From Gammaproteobacteria bacterium CG11_big_fil_rev_8_21_14_0_20_46_22 (GTDB taxonomy: Bacteria > Pseudomonadota > Gammaproteobacteria > UBA12402), in NCBI GenBank assembly GCA_002796245.1, contig PCWT01000064.1, positions 19,822-83,821 of the forward strand: 64,000 nucleotides of DNA. The letters run 5' to 3'. Below the pieces are notes generated by a model. The model did not search any database, was not told where the DNA came from, and saw nothing but the letters and a program-made list of their open reading frames with translations. Below are positions 57,560 to 64,000 of this stretch, piece after piece; within the stretch, counting starts at the first letter, position 1, and the number at the start of each line of letters is the position of its first letter. The translations under genes were made by a program, and so were the position numbers.

Positions 57560-57814
57560 GTGTTCAACACCATCGTTGCGAGTTTACAAAATGAGGAGAG
57601 TCTTGTGGGTAGAATGACAATGGCGCAAGAGTGGCGCTACGAAGGTCGGCAAGAAGGTCGGCAAGAAGGTCTGAAAGTCGCAAGTCGTAATGCTGCTTTT
57701 AACTTGTTCATGATGGGTGTGGATGATGTGTTTATCGCTCAAGCACTCGATTTGAGCATGAGAGAAGTGACCAGGCTTCGTGTTCAGTATCAGAAAAAAT
57801 CCCACTCGGGCTAG
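57560..57814 (+). pseudogene. C-terminal remnant of an Rpn/YhgA-like (PD-(D/E)XK) recombination-promoting nuclease / putative transposase
   Basis: MTMAQEWRYEGRQEGRQEGLKVASRNAAFNLFMMGVDDVFIAQALDLSMREVTRL matches the characteristic C-terminal tail of that family. The ~230-aa nuclease domain is absent upstream, and a MITE abuts the stop. Confidence 0.5.
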
Positions 57815-57980
57815 TAGGCAACGTCCCTAAGGTCGTCGCTGGCCTGCAAAACAAGCAAAATCGGTGAAAATACCTGAGGCTTTTCGTTAAGTAGGTTCAA
57901 TATTCGCCTCGAACCTTCAGGTATTTTTCCTCGATTATCTTATTTTTCGCTCCTGCCGAGACTTTAGGGACGCAGCCTAG
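57815..57980. mobile_element. MITE-like element, 166 bp (TAGGCAACGTCCCTAA subfamily)
   Basis: The ends TAGGCAACGTCCCTAAGGTC and GACTTTAGGGACGCAGCCTA are imperfect inverted repeats. There is an internal inverted repeat, GAAAATACCTGAGG / CCTTCAGGTATTTTTC. TA lies at both termini. The central TTCGCCTCGAA motif is shared, in the opposite orientation, with the 23156 element. Confidence 0.75.
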
Positions 57981-57983
57981 ATC

Positions 57984-58808
57984 TCATGAGGGTTTTTTTG
58001 CGGCGACCATCACGAACTCTTTGTCGGAATAATTTTTCAACCAGCGGTGCACAAATTCGTATGCAAAGTACCGGCTCTCGTTGATTTCAAAGCCAGCTTT
58101 TTTCAGTAGATGTTCCAGGGCTTCTTGTTTAAAGATTTGCATATAGTCAGGTGAGTGTTGATTCCAGGCTTGCTCACTCACTTCATGCGGATTGAATTCG
58201 CAAGGGAAGGTTTTGCCTTGTTTCACATTTTCATCGTATAGCGCATCAAAACGCTGATAGGTATTAAAATAGGGCGTGTATGCGCACACCCAAAGCGTGC
58301 CGCCGGGCGCTAGCCAATCAAAACATTTTTTGAAGCCTTCTGTAATCTCATCGGGCTTTAAGTAGTTGATCACATTCGCCATGAGGATGCCGGATAGACT
58401 ATCTGCTGGGAATGATAGTTGATTGGGAAAGCGCTGTGTGGTCGTGCGAAGGCGTGAGTGCCATTCTTCTGGAATTGCCTCGCGCAAGTAGTCCAGATGC
58501 TCTTTATCAATGTCGCAAGCGGTGATTCGGGCTCTGTCGCTTAGAAGGGCTGCGCGTGTCGCTGCACCGTAGGCACAGCCAATGTCTAGCAGTGGTTTTT
58601 TGGCGGTTTTGGCAAGCTGGATAAATTGCCGCTCAGCGGGGCCAAAGTCGGTAAACATGACACCCATGCGATTTTGGGTTTTGATCATGCCTTTGTACCA
58701 CTCCAGCGGCCAGGCAGGAGAGTGCTGATAATTAAGGTCAATGTCGACTTCTTTCTCGGGAAAGAGTTGGTCAAATGCGTTGGCAAGAAATTGTTTAATG
58801 CTCATCAT
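57984..58808 (-). CDS. Class I SAM-dependent methyltransferase
   Basis: Motif I is LLDIGCAYGAAT, with the post-I acidic residue in ITACDID and motif II-like LAPGGTLWV. Confidence 0.75.
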   Translation of the reverse strand: MMSIKQFLANAFDQLFPEKEVDIDLNYQHSPAWPLEWYKGMIKTQNRMGVMFTDFGPAERQFIQLAKTAKKPLLDIGCAYGAATRAALLSDRARITACDIDKEHLDYLREAIPEEWHSRLRTTTQRFPNQLSFPADSLSGILMANVINYLKPDEITEGFKKCFDWLAPGGTLWVCAYTPYFNTYQRFDALYDENVKQGKTFPCEFNPHEVSEQAWNQHSPDYMQIFKQEALEHLLKKAGFEINESRYFAYEFVHRWLKNYSDKEFVMVAAKKPS

Positions 58809-58873
58809 GGCCTGCCTTCATCCTGAAACTATCACTATGCCAGGAAACAGGCAGCCAGACAATATTCAACCAC

Positions 58874-59551
58874 TCAAGGGATGCTGTAAAAAGGGTCGGG
58901 GAGTTTGTAACCTCGGTCTGCATAGCCGCCTAGGCTATCGCTGTATTGATCGCCCATCGACAAGACGATGTCAAAGCCCTGCTCTTCGATGAGCTTGCGT
59001 GCGTGTGCTTTGTAAGGAATGGCGGAGGGTTGATGATAGCTCATTGGTTTGAAGTAAATACCTTGCCAGTGATGATAGCCGGCGTCTTTTAAATTCAAGA
59101 CGGTGGGTTTGCGTAAATTACTTCGTCGTCCAGTGATGAAAAATACAGCCACGCCGTGATTGATGGCAAAATCATAGAGTTTACGCACAGGTTTGAGTGC
59201 TGGATCATTGGCTTGGCAAATATGTTGACTGAATGGTTTAGATGCAAAGCCAAAACTATCGCTTTTCATGTAGGGGTAATTGGATAGTGTGGTTTCATCG
59301 ATATCAAAAACAATCGCGAGCTTTTTGGGGTGTTTAAGCTGCTGATTGCTGCGAATGCGCGCCTCTAAGTACTTCATGGCTTTATTGCTGGCTTGGGTTA
59401 GTTGTTGATTGTAGCAGCCTGATGAAACGTAGTGTTCCACTTGTTTTTTTGCTGCCACTAGCGAGGTGGTGTGGCTGCGTTCGGTGATAATTGGATAAGC
59501 AAAGCTAGTGAGTGCTGCGGATAAAGTGATGAGTGAGAGTATTGCGCGCAT
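58874..59551 (-). CDS. Secreted HAD-superfamily acid phosphatase (class B/C, subfamily IIIB-like)
   Basis: It has a signal peptide (MRAILSLITLSAALTSFA) and the HAD motifs FDIDETTLSN, VFFITGRR and MGDQYSD. Confidence 0.8.
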   Translation of the reverse strand: MRAILSLITLSAALTSFAYPIITERSHTTSLVAAKKQVEHYVSSGCYNQQLTQASNKAMKYLEARIRSNQQLKHPKKLAIVFDIDETTLSNYPYMKSDSFGFASKPFSQHICQANDPALKPVRKLYDFAINHGVAVFFITGRRSNLRKPTVLNLKDAGYHHWQGIYFKPMSYHQPSAIPYKAHARKLIEEQGFDIVLSMGDQYSDSLGGYADRGYKLPDPFYSIP

Positions 59552-59781
59552 TGTAATGCCCCTGACTTTTTATGCTGCGCATAGTCTAGGGGATCGCCTC
59601 GCACTATTCAAATCCTGGCTATCGTTTTTGGTTTTGAAGCGCGTTAGGATCGTTTTGAAAACGCGCTGTTTCTGGTGCTTGGGTGGATTGTTGCATGAGT
59701 TGAGCGATACGTTGCCAGGTTTTTTGCCCGAGGAGGTTTTCTTGGAAGAATATCATGTTGTCGATTATTTTTTTCGCAGAT

Positions 59782-59799
59782 TGTAAGATATTTCTTACA
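59782..59799. promoter_or_regulatory. Perfect GacA/UvrY/LetA-type palindrome, TGTAAGATATTTCTTACA
   Basis: An exact match to the TGTAAG-N6-CTTACA upstream activating sequence known for Gac/Rsm sRNA genes. It has one mismatch to the Legionella LetA form TNAGAAATTTCTNA. It lies in the 306-bp divergent region between the acid phosphatase gene and lptF. Confidence 0.4.
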
Positions 59800-59857
59800 T
59801 CAAGGCAAGCATTTTAGCGGCCTGGCAATTGTGATACCATGTCGCAAAATTTAAGGC

Positions 59858-60976
59858 TTGCCAACCTTGTACACGATTGCCCGTTATCTCACAAAAGAAG
59901 TCACCATCACGATGCTGTCTGTGACCTTGATTCTTTTGTTTATTTTTATGTGTAACAACATCGTTCGTTATCTTGGGTTTATTGCCAACGGAAAGTACGC
60001 CGTTTGGGTGTTAATTCATTTAATCCTGCTCGAAATTCCAGTGACCCTGGGGCTTTTGCTGCCCTTGGGTTTGTATATCGGTATTTTGTTGGCGTATGGG
60101 CGTTTATTTGTCGATTCTGAAATGACCGTATTGTTTGCCTGTGGTTTTGGTCGCAAGCAGCTTTTCTGGGTCAATATGGGCTGTGCTGGCATCATCTTTT
60201 TCATTTCTTTGTTTTTTTCCTGCTGGTTGCAGCCCGCCTTGAATCTTCGTATGCACCAGGTTTTAGCAGAAGCTAAGGCTGGCAGCATCATCGATACCAT
60301 CATGCCGGGTCGCTTTCGCGTGGTGAACTCAGGTGATACTCAACATGTTTATTATGTTAAGAAAGTCTCACGTGGTCATAAACACGTAGAAGCGATTTTC
60401 AGTGCGGAACGAAAATTGGATAACCCGATGGCGCCTTGGCAGGTGATCGTGGCTAAGCGCGGTAAGGATGTGTATTTTCCTGCTTCACAAAGCGATTACT
60501 TCCAAATGTCGGAGGGAGCCGTGTATAAGGGCTTGCCGGGTCAACAGAATTTCCAGGTTTTACGCTTTGATACCTACGGTGTGCGGGTGGATCAAGACCC
60601 GCTCAAGGGCTTTACCATTGACCCGCAGCTAATGCCGATGCGCCAGCTCATTCCTGTGGCCATGAAAGATCATAGCGCGATGTCAGAATTGCAGTGGCGA
60701 ATTTCCGTGCCCATTGCTGTCTTGTTGCTCGCGTTTGTCGGTTTACCTTTAAGTCGCATTCGCCCACGTCAAGGTCGTTATGCTAAGTTTTTGCCCGCGA
60801 TTTTGATTTTTATTGTGTACTTTAATTTATTGATATTGGCGCGCGGTTGGCTATCGTCGGGTGCTGTGCCGGCCTATCTTGGTCTTTGGTGGGTTCATGT
60901 AGCTATGTTGTTGTTTGGTTTATTGCTGTATCGCTCTGATGGTTCATGGCGGATTTGGCAGCGGGCGGGCGTGTGA
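59858..60976 (+). CDS. lptF: LPS export ABC transporter permease LptF
   Basis: TTG start. IARYLTKEVTITMLSVTLILLFIF ... is colinear with the E. coli LptF N-terminus. Six TM segments and a periplasmic domain. Confidence 0.9.
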   Translation: MPTLYTIARYLTKEVTITMLSVTLILLFIFMCNNIVRYLGFIANGKYAVWVLIHLILLEIPVTLGLLLPLGLYIGILLAYGRLFVDSEMTVLFACGFGRKQLFWVNMGCAGIIFFISLFFSCWLQPALNLRMHQVLAEAKAGSIIDTIMPGRFRVVNSGDTQHVYYVKKVSRGHKHVEAIFSAERKLDNPMAPWQVIVAKRGKDVYFPASQSDYFQMSEGAVYKGLPGQQNFQVLRFDTYGVRVDQDPLKGFTIDPQLMPMRQLIPVAMKDHSAMSELQWRISVPIAVLLLAFVGLPLSRIRPRQGRYAKFLPAILIFIVYFNLLILARGWLSSGAVPAYLGLWWVHVAMLLFGLLLYRSDGSWRIWQRAGV

Positions 60977-62043
60977 TGAAGATCTTAGATCGCTATTTAA
61001 TGGGTACATTACTTCGCTTTACCTTAATGGTTCTGGTGATTGTGGCTGCGGTGGATGCCTTTATTTATTTGATTGGCGAGTTTGGCAGTATTGGGCAAGG
61101 TGATTATGGTATCGGCCATGCTTTTGTTTACGTCTTGTCAGTATTGCCTGGCCAGCTCTATGGTCTTTTTCCGATGATTGGTTTGTTAGGTGCACTAATA
61201 GGCTTGGGCTTGTTGGCGCAAAACTCTGAGCTTGTGGTGATGCGCGCAGCAGGCATGCAGTTAACGCGCATGATGCGTATGGTCTTTCGTTTAGCGATAG
61301 TGCTTATCGTGGTTGTCACCTGTATAGGCGAACTTTTTGCGCCACGCTTAACCGCTTACGCAGAGCAAATGAAGCTCATGGCCACTAGTGGTGGGCAAGC
61401 AGCTAAAACGCGCTATGGCTTATGGTTAAAGGACGCTGAGCGCTTTATTTTTGTGGGCGCTGTGTTGCCCAATGGTCATGTGCGCAATGTCACGGTCTAC
61501 AGTTTTGCCCCAGATCAAACGCTAAAAAAAGCATTGCATGCAAAGCAAGCGGTAAAAATTGCCGATGATGAGTGGCGCTTACAAGATGTGACTGAAAGCC
61601 AGCTGCAAGGCGAGACTGTGCGCTCTCAATCTGTGCCGAATATGGATGTGACATTAAGGATGAGTACAAAGTCGGCTAATGATGCTGGTGGGTTTGCGTC
61701 GCAATTATCGTTACTTGAACTGTATCAAGATATTCGCCAGCAAATTGCCGTGGGGATGAGTCCCGCGCAGTTCGAGCTAGCCTTCTGGCAGCGACTGGTG
61801 CAGCCTTTCTCAAGCCTGGTGATGATTTTATTGGCTGTGCCGTTTATCTTTGGGCCATTGCGCAGTGTGACGATGGGTTTGCGAATTGTGACGGGTGCTG
61901 CGGTGGGGCTGGCTTTTTATTTGTTGAATCAATTTTTTGGCCCGTTTTGTTTAGTCTACCAAGTCCCGGCGTTTCTGGGTGCGGCATTGCCCACGGTATT
62001 GTTTGCTTTTTTGGGTTTGATGCTAATGCGCCGTGTTAAATAG
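60976..62043 (+). CDS. lptG: LPS export ABC transporter permease LptG
   Basis: MKILDRYLMGTLLRFTLMVLVIV. It overlaps the lptF stop by 1 nt. The ORF-track start at 60946 is too long. Confidence 0.9.
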   Translation: MKILDRYLMGTLLRFTLMVLVIVAAVDAFIYLIGEFGSIGQGDYGIGHAFVYVLSVLPGQLYGLFPMIGLLGALIGLGLLAQNSELVVMRAAGMQLTRMMRMVFRLAIVLIVVVTCIGELFAPRLTAYAEQMKLMATSGGQAAKTRYGLWLKDAERFIFVGAVLPNGHVRNVTVYSFAPDQTLKKALHAKQAVKIADDEWRLQDVTESQLQGETVRSQSVPNMDVTLRMSTKSANDAGGFASQLSLLELYQDIRQQIAVGMSPAQFELAFWQRLVQPFSSLVMILLAVPFIFGPLRSVTMGLRIVTGAAVGLAFYLLNQFFGPFCLVYQVPAFLGAALPTVLFAFLGLMLMRRVK

Positions 62044-62053
62044 GGGCTGCCCT

Positions 62054-63028
62054 TTACTGTTGGCGTTCGATCACAAAGTTTGCCAAAGCTTCTAAGGCTG
62101 TTTTTGACGCTGAGTCTGGCAAGGTGTTGAGTTGATCCATGCCAATATGAATCGTCTGTGCTGCAAGCTCTTTGCAATAGGTCAATGCTTGGGTTTCGTT
62201 GAGAATTTTTTGAATTTGAGCCAGGTCGGCTTGTTCCGGGTTTTTGATGGCTTGCGCAATTGTGGTGCGAAAATGGTTCGCGCCTTGTTGCATGACGTAA
62301 ATGAGGGGCAGGGTGGGCTTGCCTTCTTGAAGATCGTCGCCGAGGTTTTTCCCTGTCAATTCTGGGTCACCTTCGTAGTCTAGAGCGTCATCGAGCATTT
62401 GAAATGCGGCGCCCAGGTTTTGTCCGTAGGTGCGCATGGCTTCTTGGGTTTCAAGGCTTGCGTCTGCAAGAATCGGGCCGGAGATGGCGGCGATCTCAAA
62501 CAGTACGCCGGTTTTACGTTTAACGATATCAATGTAGGTGGCTTCTTGTGTCGCAGGGTCATGGCAGTGCATGAGTTGCAAGACTTCACCTTCGACAATG
62601 TCACTGCTGCCTTTGGCGATAATTTCAGTGAAGCGGTGGTGTTTTAAGCTTGCGATCAACTGAAAGGCGCGCGAATAGAGCAGGTCGCCGACCAGTACGC
62701 TGGCTTCATTGCCAAAGCTTGCGTTGGCCGTAGGGCGGCCTCGGCGTTGTTTCGATTCGTCAATGACATCGTCATGCAGCAGAGTTGCTGTGTGTAGCAG
62801 TTCAATGATGGCGGCTACAGTGATGGCTTTTTGATCAAGCACGCCGCAGGCTTTGGCCGATAAGAGCACGAGCATGGGGCGAACTTGCTTGCCAGGACTT
62901 TGGATAATGTGGTCGGCGATGGCCTTGGCCAGCGGGATATCAGAAGCAATGCTTTCTTTAATCAAGATATTAGCTTGGTCTAGCTCGGAAGACACAAGCC
63001 CGCGTATGGCCTCTAGGGTGCTCGTCAT
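62054..63028 (-). CDS. ispB: Octaprenyl diphosphate synthase
   Basis: The two Asp-rich motifs are LLHDDVIDES and FQMLDDALDY. 324 aa. Confidence 0.94.
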   Translation of the reverse strand: MTSTLEAIRGLVSSELDQANILIKESIASDIPLAKAIADHIIQSPGKQVRPMLVLLSAKACGVLDQKAITVAAIIELLHTATLLHDDVIDESKQRRGRPTANASFGNEASVLVGDLLYSRAFQLIASLKHHRFTEIIAKGSSDIVEGEVLQLMHCHDPATQEATYIDIVKRKTGVLFEIAAISGPILADASLETQEAMRTYGQNLGAAFQMLDDALDYEGDPELTGKNLGDDLQEGKPTLPLIYVMQQGANHFRTTIAQAIKNPEQADLAQIQKILNETQALTYCKELAAQTIHIGMDQLNTLPDSASKTALEALANFVIERQQ

Positions 63029-63163
63029 GGCAATCTCTAGTTTGAAAGTTTAGGGCATACTAGGGGCGCGAGGATGGCTTGTCAACCTAATGAAACGCCC
63101 CACATCGCGCGATGACGTGGTTGTGCAGGGATCACGAAAGAGGCGTATTGTTCGTGTTGAGCG

Positions 63164-63197
63164 GTAGCCCGGATTAGCACGCAGCGCATAATCCGGG
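63164..63197. repeat. REP-like hairpin
   Basis: GTAGCCCGGATTAGCACGCAGCGCATAATCCGGG has a 9-bp stem (CCCGGATTA / TAATCCGGG). It is the same unit as in the REPIN at 20226-20312. Confidence 0.65.
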
Positions 63198-63256
63198 AAA
63201 TACAAGAAGAGCCTTCACGCCAACAAGCCGCAATACTAAATTCCATAAACTGTTCC

Positions 63257-63811
63257 TTAGTCATAATGCGTCAAAGTCATGGATATAAATTTAAAGTTTC
63301 CCCCTTGAACAGGCGGTGACTCTTTTTTCATGTACCAGACTCGTTTGAGCGCTTTAAGCGGTAGGTTTTTCGTGTCATTCTGATTTCCCGATTGATAAAG
63401 AATATTTACTGATTTTGTGTTTTTAAAGGATGTATTGCATGGGATTGTAAATCCAACGTAGTTTAGCTTTGGGTTGTCCCCAAGTTTTGAGTCGCTCAGG
63501 GAGTAGCGATAGTTTTTTCCACCAGTTTCGTTGAAAAGCAATTCAATGTTTTTAGGGTTTCCATTGAAGTAGCCTTTTGTCATTGAAAAACAAAGCCCGC
63601 ATTGATTAAAGTCTGGGTACTTCATTTTGTAAATAGAAAATAGGTTTTCTGGGAGTTTGGCTGTATAAACGCCGTATATCTGAAAATCACGCACCATTTT
63701 TTGGCTATAAACCGCATAAAATAATTGATTGCTGAAGCCATGAAACACCGGCGCCTTGCAAAATCCAGCAACAGCTATCGCCCCAATCAGAAAAGCACTG
63801 TATTTTTTCAT
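63257..63811 (-). CDS. AT-rich orphan secreted protein (184 aa)
   Basis: It has a signal peptide (MKKYSAFLIGAIAVAGFC) and an Asn/Lys/Tyr-rich mature part. I recognise no family. By eye it is clearly more AT-rich than the flanking genes. Confidence 0.6.
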   Translation of the reverse strand: MKKYSAFLIGAIAVAGFCKAPVFHGFSNQLFYAVYSQKMVRDFQIYGVYTAKLPENLFSIYKMKYPDFNQCGLCFSMTKGYFNGNPKNIELLFNETGGKNYRYSLSDSKLGDNPKLNYVGFTIPCNTSFKNTKSVNILYQSGNQNDTKNLPLKALKRVWYMKKESPPVQGGNFKFISMTLTHYD

Positions 63812-64000
63812 GCAAGCAAACCCACTCTTTCGGAGTCAGAGTCAGTTTTGTCATGATGGGGTGATAAATCAAGCGAACTATCCAACAGAATTCTTTAGAA
63901 TATTTTTCATTAGAAATTTGCTTAAAAATTATGTAATTATTCGTGCGCCAAGACGAAGTCTGGCAAATCTTATGGGTGAAAGTCCCATTACAGAAGGAGA

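Noticed and set aside
59585-59760. An Rsm/Csr-type sRNA on the plus strand, suggested by five GGA motifs, one of them in a hairpin loop.
   Set aside because: Five GGA in about 170 nt is only about twice the random expectation. No promoter or U-tailed terminator brackets the region. It also lies upstream rather than downstream of the GacA-type box for that strand.
59508-59786. A 92-aa plus-strand ORF in the phosphatase-lptF intergenic region.
   Set aside because: It overlaps the 5' end of the acid phosphatase gene in antisense, has no SD, and its translation has no recognisable features. It is probably spurious.
63910-63925. TTAGAAATTTGCTTAA resembles the LetA box TNAGAAATTTCTNA, and GGA-containing sequence follows at the window end.
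   Set aside because: Two insertions are needed to fit the palindrome. The downstream sequence is cut by the window edge, so no sRNA can be evaluated.

Overview
This is a 64-kb chromosomal segment of a gammaproteobacterium, with moderate GC, compact gene spacing and about 60 genes. All homology statements come from reading motifs by eye and from recalled family consensus patterns. No searches were run.

The backbone is housekeeping. It falls into blocks whose internal order matches classic gammaproteobacterial synteny:
- map
- guaB-guaA-tadA
- rpsP-rimM-trmD-rplS
- ampD-ampE
- mlaFEDCB, divergent from kdsD-kdsC-lptC ... lptB ... hpf-ptsN-ptsO
- hisS ... yfgM-bamB-der
- glnA
- hfq-hflX-purA-recG
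- lptF-lptG
- ispB

Accessory patches break these blocks:
1. At the left edge there is a divergent, cysteine-rich type VI secretion-like module. It has an Hcp-like tube gene plus three translationally coupled ORFs with weak TssE/TssF/TssG-like patterns. The window boundary cuts it.
2. An orphan gene sits exactly where rpoN is expected. lptA and rapZ are also missing from that locus, and an ABC-F gene is inserted in inverted orientation.
3. A roughly 4.9-kb island between mlaB and hisS encodes two large, repeat-rich, effector-like orphans. One has an in-frame 621-nt tandem duplication and a poly-Asp/Ser tail. The other has ankyrin-like repeats, long coiled coils and Pro/Gln repeats.
4. A patch between recG and lptF carries an Rpn-nuclease gene remnant, a methyltransferase and a secreted acid phosphatase. 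Next to it is a perfect GacA/LetA-type palindrome.
5. An AT-rich secreted orphan lies at the right edge.

The intergenic DNA carries several families of short palindromic repeats. These include about 166-bp TA-flanked MITE-like elements whose ends overlap or supply stop codons of neighbouring genes, and REP/REPIN-like hairpins.

I recognised no rRNA, tRNA or CRISPR array.

The overall picture is reminiscent of intracellular Legionellales/Coxiellaceae-like bacteria: ankyrin and coiled-coil orphans, no rpoN at its usual locus, MITEs, and a secreted PLD and acid phosphatase. Taxonomy cannot be established from this window alone.
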